Source of the DNA: Flexithrix dorotheae DSM 6795
GTDB lineage: Bacteria > Bacteroidota > Bacteroidia > Cytophagales > Flammeovirgaceae
Length of the DNA stretch: 64,000 nt
NCBI RefSeq assembly: GCF_000379765.1
Contig: NZ_KB903448.1
Span: 14,027-78,026, forward strand
Direction: 5' to 3'
Made by a program: the position numbers and the translations under genes. This document shows, piece by piece, positions 47,151-56,998 of this stretch (position 1 is its first letter; every line of letters begins with the position of its first letter). The notes beneath the pieces were generated by a model. That model did not search any database. It was not told the DNA's origin and saw only the letters and a list, made by a program, of their open reading frames with translations.

Positions 47151-47939
47151 CTAATTTCCCTCCATCATTTTCTTAGCCTGATCAGCTTTCTGCTTCGAAA
47201 ACTCAAAGTTTTCATTGTCCATTTCGTAGGCCTTATTAAACATTTCTACTGCATTGGCAAAATCTTTCACCGCCATAAAATAATCTCCTTTAGAATCATA
47301 AGGATTTGGATGATCAGGATTTAATTCAATGTATTTATCGAAGGAAGCTTCTGCTTTTTCAAATTGTTCTGCTTTGAGATAATTGTAGCCTTTCATATTA
47401 TGGATCATTGGTTCCATTTCCGGTCTGATCACCAGCATTTTGTCCAGTTGTGCAATCGACTGTTCATATTCTCCTGCTAAAAACAGCTGAAAACCATGAT
47501 AGGCATTCGCTTTAAAATCTTTGGGATAATTTGCTGCCACTACTTCAAAATGAGGAGTGGCTTCTTTTGCTTTATCATTAAGCATTAATTCCAGGCCGGC
47601 ACAAAGATGTTGCTCATCTTCATTAAGATTTTCTTTTTGTTCGATGGCTTTGTTGGCATATTCTTCAAATCTCTCCATATCTCCAATATTTTTATACCAC
47701 ATAGCAGCATATAAATTACCAATAAAAAAATCAGGATCGGTCTCTAAGGCCATTTCCAGATTATCGGTGAAAGTCCCGAAATCTGCTACCCATCCAGCCT
47801 CAAAAGCTTCATTAAAGATTTCATGTGCTTGTTTGGAATCGACAGTAACAGGCATTAAATCCTGTGCGGAGGCAAAAAATGGAGCCAGGAAAAAGATCAT
47901 ACATGCATAAAGCATAACACGATTCATTAACTTTTTCAT
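47151..47939 (-). CDS. TPR-repeat secreted protein, tandem paralogue B
   Basis: Same architecture as 46085-46870. The C-terminal ~60 aa are near-identical (NPDHPNPYDSKGDYFMAVKDFANAVEMFNKAYEMD...). Confidence 0.6.
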   Translation of the reverse strand: MKKLMNRVMLYACMIFFLAPFFASAQDLMPVTVDSKQAHEIFNEAFEAGWVADFGTFTDNLEMALETDPDFFIGNLYAAMWYKNIGDMERFEEYANKAIEQKENLNEDEQHLCAGLELMLNDKAKEATPHFEVVAANYPKDFKANAYHGFQLFLAGEYEQSIAQLDKMLVIRPEMEPMIHNMKGYNYLKAEQFEKAEASFDKYIELNPDHPNPYDSKGDYFMAVKDFANAVEMFNKAYEMDNENFEFSKQKADQAKKMMEGN

Positions 47940-48578
47940 AATTAAATTGGGTTTTTAGTTTTCAGAAAAACAGGTTAGTGATGGGGGAAATTGAACAACA
48001 AGGCATAATCCTTCATAAGACGGATTAAACACAGGCGCATTCACTCCTTTGGTTGAAAGGGTAATCTTAAAAGGGAAGTTTAATTTGTTACCAATTAGCT
48101 GAAGGACTCCATACAAGCAACCTGAAAATTTGTGTAGTTGGTGAGGATAGTATTAATTACCATTTGTAGTTTGGTTGCTTGTCTAAATTTACAAATTTTT
48201 ATCAATAAAACTAATGCAGACTAATTTTTTAAATCAAAACTTTGGGATTGCAACTCTTGTCCTAAGCGATACCTGACCACTACCGATAACCTTTTGAAAG
48301 TCCCTGAATTTTTTCGTGTAGTCATGGTTCCAAACCATGAAGAAGTACTTTACCCTATTTCAGGCTCTCACCAAAGAAAAAAGACCCAACATTAAATATA
48401 AGTATTGTTGTTTACCTTCATTCCAATCCGTTAAAATCAGTCACTTTCTAGCTCCCCAAACAGAAATTTTTCCATTCAGAAAAGAAATTTTCCACCTCAT
48501 TTATTTTAACCTTATATTTATAGCCCAATGAGGGTTAATCCCAATTTTATTAGATGCAATTACTTACCGAATTTTTGA

Positions 48579-49496
48579 ATGAACGAATTAGCCGAATTTG
48601 AATCAAACAATATAATTAATCAATTGCCACTTACCCTGCAGGACAGGCTTGCGGAACTGCCTGAAAGTGGTCAAAAAGAATTTTTATTTGAATTTAGCAC
48701 TAAAAAGAAATCATTAATACTGGCTTATATCTTTCATATAATGATAGGTGCAGCCTATGGATACAGGGGAAAATGGTTTACCCAAATCATCTTCTGGCTG
48801 ACCATAGGTGGATTAGGCCTCTGGACCCTCATAGACTTTTTCCGGCTCCCTGGATTGGTAAGAAAACAAAATTATGGTATTGCCAAAGAGCAACTGGGAA
48901 GGCTTTTTGTAAAATACGGCCTTAGAACTATTAAAAAAGGTCCTCAAAAACCAATATTGGCCAATGAACCCAGAAAACTGAATATCAGTTACGATCCTTC
49001 CAATCTAAAAGTAAATAACCTGAAAACCGGATTTATGCTTGATTTTGACTTAAAAACCTGGAAGGTAATCACTGAAAAACAGTATGACTGGGAGAATGGT
49101 TTAACTGAAAGAAGTTTTGTATTATCCGGTCAGAGCCATGAAAGGGCTGTGATTCACCTCATTAAAGAAGAAGGAAGTTATCTGATAATCACAGGAAAAC
49201 CCATCAATATTTACGCAATTAATGAAAATTTAGAATCTGATATTTTCAAATATAAGCGACCATCCAATGCCCTGGTTTTTCAGGGAAAGAGATATTACCG
49301 GGAAACCCAAAAACAAGGTTTTGAATTTAATCTTTCCAGCAAATCGATTGGAAAGAAAATAATTTCATGGGAATATTTTGATGATTCCAGAAGAAATTAC
49401 CTCAGGGTTGAGCAAATCGGAGTAAATGAATTTAAAGGATTTGCCGGAAGCCTGAAATCCTCCACCGAATTTTCTGATATTCTTCCAGTCCACTAA
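48579..49496 (+). CDS. TM2-domain membrane protein with C-terminal soluble domain
   Basis: TM2-like paired helices (ILAYIFHIMIGAAYGYRGKWFTQIIFWLTIGGLGLWTLIDFFRLPGLV), then a ~200-aa beta-rich C-terminus. Confidence 0.5.
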   Translation: MNELAEFESNNIINQLPLTLQDRLAELPESGQKEFLFEFSTKKKSLILAYIFHIMIGAAYGYRGKWFTQIIFWLTIGGLGLWTLIDFFRLPGLVRKQNYGIAKEQLGRLFVKYGLRTIKKGPQKPILANEPRKLNISYDPSNLKVNNLKTGFMLDFDLKTWKVITEKQYDWENGLTERSFVLSGQSHERAVIHLIKEEGSYLIITGKPINIYAINENLESDIFKYKRPSNALVFQGKRYYRETQKQGFEFNLSSKSIGKKIISWEYFDDSRRNYLRVEQIGVNEFKGFAGSLKSSTEFSDILPVH

Positions 49497-49676
49497 ACCT
49501 TCATTGTGCTCCAAATTCCACACATTGTGTAGAAATTCTCTACAAGGTGAGACTCCAAACCACAACATTTCTCTCTAAAAACACCAATAGCAGGTATTTA
49601 GAGAACTTTTGGCATTTGGCACAAAATTTAAATAATAATAAGTATATCGATTTAAGGTAGGTAGTATAAACAGAAT

Positions 49677-49713
49677 AAAAAAAGCCCTTGCTTCTGGCAA
49701 GGGCTTTTTTTTT
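49677..49713. terminator. Bidirectional intrinsic terminator between convergent genes
   Basis: 9-bp perfect stem agcccttgc / gcaagggct with a 5-nt loop, flanked by an A7 tract on one side and a T9 tract on the other. Confidence 0.65.
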
Positions 49714-49750
49714 AGGAAATGCCTTTTTTGTATCTTAATAGGCATGTAAT

Positions 49751-51298
49751 TTACTGGTGTTCATCCCGAAGTAAATCATTCACCGTTTTCACAGGATTAA
49801 AAGTAATAATCGGTACTTCAAGGAAAATGGTATTCCAAAAGGCCATTGCCCCATTCCATAGTCCGGGCAATTCCTGTGCTTTTAATTCCTTCCCATTTTT
49901 TGATTTATAAGAAATAAATCCTGTAGAAGGATCTCTAAACTCTAGTAAGTTGAATTGCTCTCCTTTATAATCTTTCACCCCACAAACTAAATCTACCGGG
50001 TTAAAGTGAGTGGCTCCCATGGCAATAGCCTTTTGAGCTTCATCCTCCATATCCAGTTGGGCACTTTCCACTATTTGTAAAGAAGTTGTGCCATCAGAAT
50101 TTTCTACCCAGAAAGGTCCTCCCCCTGGCTCTCCCTCATTTTTCACCATTCCGCAAACCCTGATTGGCCGGTTTAGTTTCGATTTAAGATAATCGATTTT
50201 TACCTCGTCCGATTTGTTAGCAAAACCCTCAGGAGGTAAAATGCAAAGCTCTTTTTCAACAAAACTGGTAATCTCCGCCAATTTACCTGAATCTACTTCA
50301 CCAGCCTCTATCAATTTTAAATATTCAAATGTTTTCTGCTGGAATTTTAAAAGCACACCACCTAAGGCTTTTTTATACAAATAGGTGGTTCCTTTTAATC
50401 GGTCAGGCACCACATTATCTATATTTTTAATAAATATAATATCTGCTTTCGAATCGTTCAGATTTTCGATTAAGGCTCCATGTCCTCCAGGCCGGAATAA
50501 AATACTTCCATCCTCTTCTTTGAAAGGCTCATTATCCATATCCACTGCAATGGTATCTGTGGATTTTTTTTGTTGGGAAAATGAAATGTCAAAAATGGCT
50601 CTAAACTCCTTCTCATAAGCATCCACCACTTCATTCAGTTTTTCCTTAAACTTGCTTTCATGCTCAGGCGAAACCGTAAAATGCAAGTTTACCCTTCCCT
50701 TTTTATCCTTACAATAATTTGCTCCTTCCACCAGATGCTCTTCAAAAGGGGTTCTGGCTTTATCTTCATAATTATGAAATTTCAGTAAGCCTTTTGGTAA
50801 TCCTCCGTAATTCAGGCCATCTTCGTTCAAAAGCGCCTCAAGGATTTTTACAAATTCTTTCTGCAGGTGAAGTTGCTCCAGTGAAGCACCATTTTCCTCA
50901 AAATATTTTTTTAAATCTTCATAAAAGGCAAAGTCATCCAGTCGTTTGAAAAAGGCAAAAATCGAATTGGTTCCTTTATCACTAAAGTATTTCTTATAAT
51001 CTTCCTCCGAACCTGAATAAGTGTCCACAAAGGAAAATAATGCCTTAAACATCCGGCTTGCCGCACCTGAGGCAGGCACAAATTTCAGCACTTCTAGTTC
51101 CTCTGATAATTGATCATACAATTCTCCGCTATTGTTGATGTCATTTTCAGATAAGGAAATTATACCATCTCCAAGTGTGGCAGCTTTTACTGCCTTTAGA
51201 AAGGGAAATCCTTTCCTAAAATTTTCAATCTGTGATTTAATCGCTGAAACTTCAATTCCCTGTGCGGTAAACTGGTCTAATTCTTTTTCCGAAAACAT
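49751..51298 (-). CDS. Conserved hypothetical protein (DUF4301-like; possible sugar-nucleotidyltransferase-like fold)
   Basis: 515 aa. The VPASGAASRMFK motif resembles the UDP-sugar pyrophosphorylase glycine-rich loop. Family assignment is from memory. Confidence 0.45.
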   Translation of the reverse strand: MFSEKELDQFTAQGIEVSAIKSQIENFRKGFPFLKAVKAATLGDGIISLSENDINNSGELYDQLSEELEVLKFVPASGAASRMFKALFSFVDTYSGSEEDYKKYFSDKGTNSIFAFFKRLDDFAFYEDLKKYFEENGASLEQLHLQKEFVKILEALLNEDGLNYGGLPKGLLKFHNYEDKARTPFEEHLVEGANYCKDKKGRVNLHFTVSPEHESKFKEKLNEVVDAYEKEFRAIFDISFSQQKKSTDTIAVDMDNEPFKEEDGSILFRPGGHGALIENLNDSKADIIFIKNIDNVVPDRLKGTTYLYKKALGGVLLKFQQKTFEYLKLIEAGEVDSGKLAEITSFVEKELCILPPEGFANKSDEVKIDYLKSKLNRPIRVCGMVKNEGEPGGGPFWVENSDGTTSLQIVESAQLDMEDEAQKAIAMGATHFNPVDLVCGVKDYKGEQFNLLEFRDPSTGFISYKSKNGKELKAQELPGLWNGAMAFWNTIFLEVPIITFNPVKTVNDLLRDEHQ

Positions 51299-51379
51299 TT
51301 ATATATTTTTTGGTTAATAAATCAATTTTACTGAGGATAGTGAAATTCCTGTAGATCATTAAAAAGATAATATTCTACC

Positions 51380-51793
51380 TTAAATTCTTTCTTTGTGCAT
51401 CACAGTAGCTGAACCAGAAATTGTTGTTTTCCCTTTTTCTAAATCTACCACCTCAGTTTTAATGACAGCCTGATGCCTGGCTTCATTTATTTCCTCCACT
51501 GTAAATTTAGCTTTGTATTTCAAATTTACATACATAGGCCTGAGAAAATCCATGGTTTGCTTCAAATATATAGAACCAAATCCGGGAAAATCTGTGCCCA
51601 GAACTTTCGAAAATACACTGGCAGATAGAAATCCATGAATAATGGGCTGCTTAAATATCGTCTTCGAGGCAAATTCCTCATCCAGATGGACGGGATTATT
51701 ATCCCCTGAAACTTTTGCAAATGCTTCAACATCTTCCTGTGAAAATGAAAACTCGTATTCGTAACTATCTCCTACCTTAATTTTATGTGACAT
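51380..51793 (-). CDS. MaoC-like (R-specific enoyl-CoA hydratase, hot-dog fold) dehydratase
   Basis: DNNPVHLDEEFA...IIHGFL hot-dog hydratase motif. Confidence 0.75.
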   Translation of the reverse strand: MSHKIKVGDSYEYEFSFSQEDVEAFAKVSGDNNPVHLDEEFASKTIFKQPIIHGFLSASVFSKVLGTDFPGFGSIYLKQTMDFLRPMYVNLKYKAKFTVEEINEARHQAVIKTEVVDLEKGKTTISGSATVMHKERI

Positions 51794-52043
51794 AAATGTT
51801 AACGATAAATGAAAAAACCTTACAAAGCGTAATTTTAATGATATTTTTTAAAAAAAATCTAAAAAATTAACTCAACAAAAATAAATAAAAGGAATAACCT
51901 GATTAATAATATAATAACCTAAAAAAAACACAAATACAAAAATAAAAAACCACAAAACCAGACAAATAAATTTAGTTAAACGTAAGAAATACTATTAAAA
52001 AAAGTTAAAAATCACATTATTTATTTACATATTCGCTTAGACG

Positions 52044-52078
52044 ATTTTGATATTTGCTCACTCGAATGTACTTTTGTA
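52044..52078 (+). promoter_or_regulatory. Candidate Bacteroidota-type promoter (TTG ... TAnnTTTG) in the long leader of the mce-mmd-mut operon
   Basis: ttgatatttgctcactcgaatgTACTTTTG, with spacing of about 19-22 nt. It is more than 500 nt upstream of the mce start, so it may drive a leader or sRNA rather than the operon directly. Confidence 0.3.
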
Positions 52079-52595
52079 TTGTAATCATTAATTAAATGGT
52101 TCACCAAATAGATAAAACAGGTTTTAAACCTTTAAAGATATAAAATTTTAGCCTACGGGCGAATTTAAAGATTTTTCATTTTCATATTTACTAGACTAAG
52201 GGCTTTGTTTTTAACGAAGCTCTTTTTTGTTTTATAGCCCTTCCTGTTTTCGTAATTGTCTAAACGATTCTATTTCCCCTAAAAACCCCTCTATTTTTCA
52301 TTTAAACCATTTTAAATAAATCACATATTCGCTTATCCAACATTGCAATTCATTAAATCTGCTTTTCATCATATTTTTTATGCTTTAAAGTCAATTTTTC
52401 AATGGGATAATTAGCCTAAAAGCTGACTGGCATCATATAAAAACCTTAATGCGCTATATACCTTTGAGCTGTTGGCAAAAACCTGAATCAATATTTCAGT
52501 TGCTGTGCTAAACTATAATTTGAGAATATTTATATTGTAGGCAGTTATTTTTAGCTACAATTTCACAAATTACTTTTATTTAACTACTTATTCAC

Positions 52596-53006
52596 ATGAT
52601 ACCCACCCACATAGAACACATCGGTATAGCTGTAAAAGACCTGGAAGCCTCCATTAAATATTATGAAGAGATACTCGGAATGAAATGCTATGCCATTGAA
52701 GAGGTAAAGGACCAGAAAGTAAAAACGGCATTTTTTAAAGTTGGCCAGACAAAAATTGAATTATTAGAATCTACTGACCCCAGCGGACCTATTGGAAAAT
52801 TCATTGAGAAAAAAGGAGAAGGCATGCACCACATTGCATTTGCGGTAAACGAAATTGAAGATAAACTTCAAACGGTAAAAGAAAAAGGTGTCCGGTTAAT
52901 AGATGAAACTCCAAGGAAAGGAGCAGAAGGCCTTCAAATTGCTTTTCTACATCCGAAATCCACTAATGGAGTACTCACAGAACTTTGCGAAAAAAAAGAG
53001 GAATAA
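52596..53006 (+). CDS. mce: Methylmalonyl-CoA epimerase (VOC family)
   Basis: [22 protein letters not shown]...[12 protein letters not shown] motifs. Sits at the head of the mmd/mut operon. Confidence 0.75.
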   Translation: MIPTHIEHIGIAVKDLEASIKYYEEILGMKCYAIEEVKDQKVKTAFFKVGQTKIELLESTDPSGPIGKFIEKKGEGMHHIAFAVNEIEDKLQTVKEKGVRLIDETPRKGAEGLQIAFLHPKSTNGVLTELCEKKEE

Positions 53007-53012
53007 TAAACC

Positions 53013-54575
53013 ATGGGATCTAACACAGACAAAATCAAGGAGCTCATTGAAAAGAGGGAGGAAGCTCGCCTGGGAGGAGGGCAAAAGCGGATTGAAGCTC
53101 AGCATGCAAAAGGTAAATTTACTGCCAGAGAAAGAATAGAAATGTTACTGGATGAGGGAAGTTTTGAGGAGTATGACATGTTTGTAACCCACCACACGAC
53201 CGATTTCGGTCTCGACAAAATCAAATACTTATCGGATGGAGTAGTCACTGGCCATGGCACTATCGATGGCAGGGTGGTTTATGTTTTCTTCCAGGATTTT
53301 ACCGTATTTGGCGGGTCACTTTCAAAAGCCTATGCCAATAAAATTTGTAAAATTATGGATCAGGCCATGAAAGTAGGGGCACCTTTAATTGGGATAAATG
53401 ACAGCGGAGGAGCAAGAATTCAGGAAGGTGTGAGAAGTCTTGCAGGTTATGCCGATATTTTCCAAAGAAATATTATGGCCTCCGGAGTGATTCCCCAACT
53501 CTCTGCTATTTTTGGTCCTTGTGCCGGTGGAGCGGTTTACTCACCAGCCCTTACCGATTTTACTTTAATGACCGACAAAACCAGTTACATGTTTGTAACA
53601 GGCCCTAAGGTTTCCAAAACAGTAACAGGTGAAGACATTACAGAAGAAGAATTGGGAGGAGCTACTATCCACGCCACCAAATCTGGAGTGACCCACTTTG
53701 TAGCGGAACATGAAGAAGAAGGTATTTCAATATTAAGGAAATTGTTATCCTATCTTCCACAAAATAATCTCGAGGAAACACCCATCACCCCTTGTTCTGA
53801 TCCAATAGACCGGCTTGAAGATTCACTGAACGAAATTATCCCAGACAGCCCTAACATCCCATACGATGTAAAGGATATTATTTATTCTATAGCAGATGAC
53901 GGGGAATTTCTGGAAGTACACAGGCAATATGCCAGAAATATGGTAATAGGGTTTGCCAAGTTTAATGGAAAGTCTGTGGGGATAGTGGCCAATCAGCCAA
54001 ATTACCTTGCCGGAGTATTGGATATTGAAGCTTCCAGAAAAGCAGGCAGGTTTGTCAGGTTTTGTGATGCATTTAATATTCCTATTCTCACACTGGTTGA
54101 TGTTCCCGGCTTTTTGCCAGGAAGTGCCCAGGAATATGGCGGAATCATTCTTCATGGAGCCAAATTACTTTATGCTTATGGTGAAGCAACTGTTCCGAAA
54201 ATTACAATTATCCTGCGAAAAGCTTACGGTGGGGCCTATGATGTAATGAGTTCCAAACACTTGAGAGGTGATATCAATTATGCCTGGCCAACAGCAGAAA
54301 TTGCGGTAATGGGACCCAGGGGAGCAATCGAAGTACTGCATTTCCGGGAATTGAAAGGAATGGAAAGCGATGAAGCAAAAGCTGAATTTATTGCTGAAAA
54401 AGAAAATGAATACCGTAACAAATTTGCCAATCCCTATCAGGCAGCCCAATACGGTTATATTGATGATGTAATTGAACCCAGAAATACAAGGTTCAGAATT
54501 ATAAGAGCTCTTGAAACTCTTGCAACTAAGAAGGATCTAAATCCTCCTAAAAAACATGGAAATATTCCATTATAA
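53013..54575 (+). CDS. mmdA: Methylmalonyl-CoA carboxyltransferase / propionyl-CoA carboxylase beta chain (MmdA-like)
   Basis: Two crotonase-like carboxyltransferase halves, 520 aa, with typical PccB/MmdA motifs ([18 protein letters not shown]). Confidence 0.9.
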   Translation: MGSNTDKIKELIEKREEARLGGGQKRIEAQHAKGKFTARERIEMLLDEGSFEEYDMFVTHHTTDFGLDKIKYLSDGVVTGHGTIDGRVVYVFFQDFTVFGGSLSKAYANKICKIMDQAMKVGAPLIGINDSGGARIQEGVRSLAGYADIFQRNIMASGVIPQLSAIFGPCAGGAVYSPALTDFTLMTDKTSYMFVTGPKVSKTVTGEDITEEELGGATIHATKSGVTHFVAEHEEEGISILRKLLSYLPQNNLEETPITPCSDPIDRLEDSLNEIIPDSPNIPYDVKDIIYSIADDGEFLEVHRQYARNMVIGFAKFNGKSVGIVANQPNYLAGVLDIEASRKAGRFVRFCDAFNIPILTLVDVPGFLPGSAQEYGGIILHGAKLLYAYGEATVPKITIILRKAYGGAYDVMSSKHLRGDINYAWPTAEIAVMGPRGAIEVLHFRELKGMESDEAKAEFIAEKENEYRNKFANPYQAAQYGYIDDVIEPRNTRFRIIRALETLATKKDLNPPKKHGNIPL

Positions 54576-54693
54576 ACAATAGCATAAATCATCTCTAAAA
54601 CACAGTTTAACTGTATTTTAAATCAACTAAACTATTCGGGTTTAGCATGGAATTGCTTTGACTTTTTTTAAGTAAAAATAACCAAAATCATAT

Positions 54694-55065
54694 TTGACCA
54701 TGTTTGATTTTTCCAATATAACCGAAGAAGGACTAACCATTGCACTGGTGGGTTATTTCATTGTTTTTGCCGCGTTGGTTTTGCTTTTTCTGGTTTTTAA
54801 TAATCTCCCCCGACTGCTCAATTTTTTACTTAAACCTTCTAAATCGAAGATTGTGGAGAAACATGAGCCAATAAAAAAAAGACTGGCGATTTCCGGGGAA
54901 GTAAATGCTGCCATTTCTACTGCGCTGATTTTATATTTTGAAGAATTACACGATGAGGAAGAAACCATTTTAACCATCAATAAGGTATCCAAATCCTATT
55001 CACCCTGGAATTCAAAAATCTATGGAACAATGGGCAGAATGATGCTGAATCATCAAAAGAAATAG
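54694..55065 (+). CDS. OadG-family small subunit of Na+-translocating decarboxylase (MmdD-like)
   Basis: N-terminal TM (LTIALVGYFIVFAALVLLFLVF) and a short hydrophilic tail. Position between the carboxyltransferase and the biotin carrier matches mmd operons. Confidence 0.6.
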   Translation: MTMFDFSNITEEGLTIALVGYFIVFAALVLLFLVFNNLPRLLNFLLKPSKSKIVEKHEPIKKRLAISGEVNAAISTALILYFEELHDEEETILTINKVSKSYSPWNSKIYGTMGRMMLNHQKK

Positions 55066-55115
55066 AGAAAAAGCGGCTTTGAGATTACCGATTTAAAATC
55101 TATAAATCTAAAAAA

Positions 55116-55538
55116 ATGAAAGATTATAAATTCACCATAAATGGCAACACTTACAATGTCAGTTTGAAGTCACTGGAAGATAATGTGGCTGAACTGGAGG
55201 TAAATGGCACTCAATATTCGGTAGAGCTTCATAAAGAAGTAAAAGCATCCAAAACACCTAAGCTGGTGAGGGCAAAAACACCTAAACCCACTTCGGCACC
55301 GAATCCTTTATCTAAAAAGGCTTCTCTAAGCCAGGTAAAAGCACCTCTGCCTGGGAATATTCTTGAAATAATGGTAAAAGAAGGCGATGAAGTGAAAAAA
55401 GAGCAGGTATTGATGGTAATGGAAGCAATGAAGATGGAAAATAAGGTTTTGGCTGAATTATCCGGAAAAGTGAAATCCATAAAAGTCACGGTAGGCGAAA
55501 GTGTTTTGCAGGGGCAGGTACTGATTGAAATTGAATAA
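55116..55538 (+). CDS. Biotin carboxyl carrier protein (biotinyl domain)
   Basis: EAMKM biotinylation motif within VLMVMEAMKMENKV, and an Ala/Pro/Lys-rich linker. Confidence 0.8.
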   Translation: MKDYKFTINGNTYNVSLKSLEDNVAELEVNGTQYSVELHKEVKASKTPKLVRAKTPKPTSAPNPLSKKASLSQVKAPLPGNILEIMVKEGDEVKKEQVLMVMEAMKMENKVLAELSGKVKSIKVTVGESVLQGQVLIEIE

Positions 55539-55714
55539 TTAAGTTCCTGAGCTTTTAATATTAAGCATTTTCATTTCGCTTTCAAAAAGCCAGTTCCCAT
55601 GCGAGAGGATACTATATTAACCGGGTTTATTTAACTACAAACAACAAACTAAAAGAACTCCTGAGACACAGATTTCATCCTAATTTCAGGCATTTTACCC
55701 CAATCTAAAAAGCT

Positions 55715-56869
55715 ATGGACGGATTACTTCAATTCTACGAATATTCAGGATTTGCCAATGTAACCATTGGCCATGTCATCATGATCCTGGTGGGTTTATT
55801 TTTCATTTTTCTGGCTATCCGATATGAATACGAACCGCTTTTACTGGTTCCAATTGGGTTTGGTATATTAATAGGTAACATTCCCTTTGTGGAAAATGCA
55901 GGGCTAAGTCTGGGAATTTATGAAAAAGGCAGTGTACTTAATTATTTATATCAGGGAGTTTTGAAAGGGGTTTATCCTCCTTTGATTTTTCTGGGCATTG
56001 GAGCCATGACTGATTTTTCCACCTTAATTTCCAGCCCGAGATTAATGCTTTTAGGAGCTGCAGCACAAATAGGAATTTTCCTTACCTTCCTGGGAGCCTT
56101 GGCTCTTGGATTTAATATGCAGGAATCGGCTGCCATTGGCATTATAGGAGGCGCAGATGGCCCAACCGCCATTTTTCTTTCTTCCAAATTGGCAAATGGA
56201 CTGAACGGCACTAAAAACTTAATTGGACCAATAGCCATTGCAGCATATTCTTATATGGCTCTGGTTCCGGTTATTCAGCCACCAATCATGAAGTTATTAA
56301 CCAATAAAAGTGAAAGAAAAATCAGGATGAAGCCTCCAAGAACTGTTTCAAAAGAGGAAAAAATTATTTTTCCGATTCTGGGATTATTATTAACCGGATT
56401 TTTAGCACCCGGAGCCCTGCCATTATTGGGAATGCTGTTCTTTGGAAACCTATTAAAAGAATCGATGGTGACTAAAAGACTTGCCGATACAGCTAGAAAT
56501 GCCTTAATTGATATTGTAACCATTTTACTAGGAGTAACAGTTGGCGCTTCAACTCAGGCCAATGTTTTTCTGACTCCACAATCTATTCTGATTTTTGTTC
56601 TTGGGGCATTATCTTTCATTATTGCCACGGCCGGAGGAATCACTTTCGCCAAGATTATGAACCTATTCTTAAATGAAGGGAACAAAATCAACCCGCTGGT
56701 TGGAGCAGCTGGTGTTTCAGCAGTGCCTGACAGCGCAAGGGTTGTACAACATGAAGGTTTGAAAGCCGACCCAACCAATCACTTACTGATGCATGCCATG
56801 GCACCTAATGTATCAGGCGTAATCGGATCTGCTGTAGCTGCTGGTATATTAATGAGTTTTTTACTTTAA
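55715..56869 (+). CDS. Na+-transporting decarboxylase beta subunit (OadB/MmdB/GcdB family)
   Basis: 384 aa polytopic membrane protein with conserved OadB motifs (GIIGGADGPTAIF, NLLKES...). Confidence 0.9.
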   Translation: MDGLLQFYEYSGFANVTIGHVIMILVGLFFIFLAIRYEYEPLLLVPIGFGILIGNIPFVENAGLSLGIYEKGSVLNYLYQGVLKGVYPPLIFLGIGAMTDFSTLISSPRLMLLGAAAQIGIFLTFLGALALGFNMQESAAIGIIGGADGPTAIFLSSKLANGLNGTKNLIGPIAIAAYSYMALVPVIQPPIMKLLTNKSERKIRMKPPRTVSKEEKIIFPILGLLLTGFLAPGALPLLGMLFFGNLLKESMVTKRLADTARNALIDIVTILLGVTVGASTQANVFLTPQSILIFVLGALSFIIATAGGITFAKIMNLFLNEGNKINPLVGAAGVSAVPDSARVVQHEGLKADPTNHLLMHAMAPNVSGVIGSAVAAGILMSFLL

Positions 56870-56998
56870 ATAAATAGTTTTTTTAATCTGACAAGTCACT
56901 TTGATAACACGACTTATTCATATTAGAGAAATTGCCATAATATTTAGCTATAATTGCTTTACGGGTTATCATTTTTATAACCTCAAAACACAAAAGTT

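Noticed and set aside
51794-52595. Cobalamin riboswitch upstream of the B12-dependent mutase operon
   Set aside because: No B12-box (gccactg) or conserved riboswitch core is recognisable. B12 riboswitches normally control transport and biosynthesis genes rather than mutase genes. I retained it only as a generic long leader or possible sRNA.
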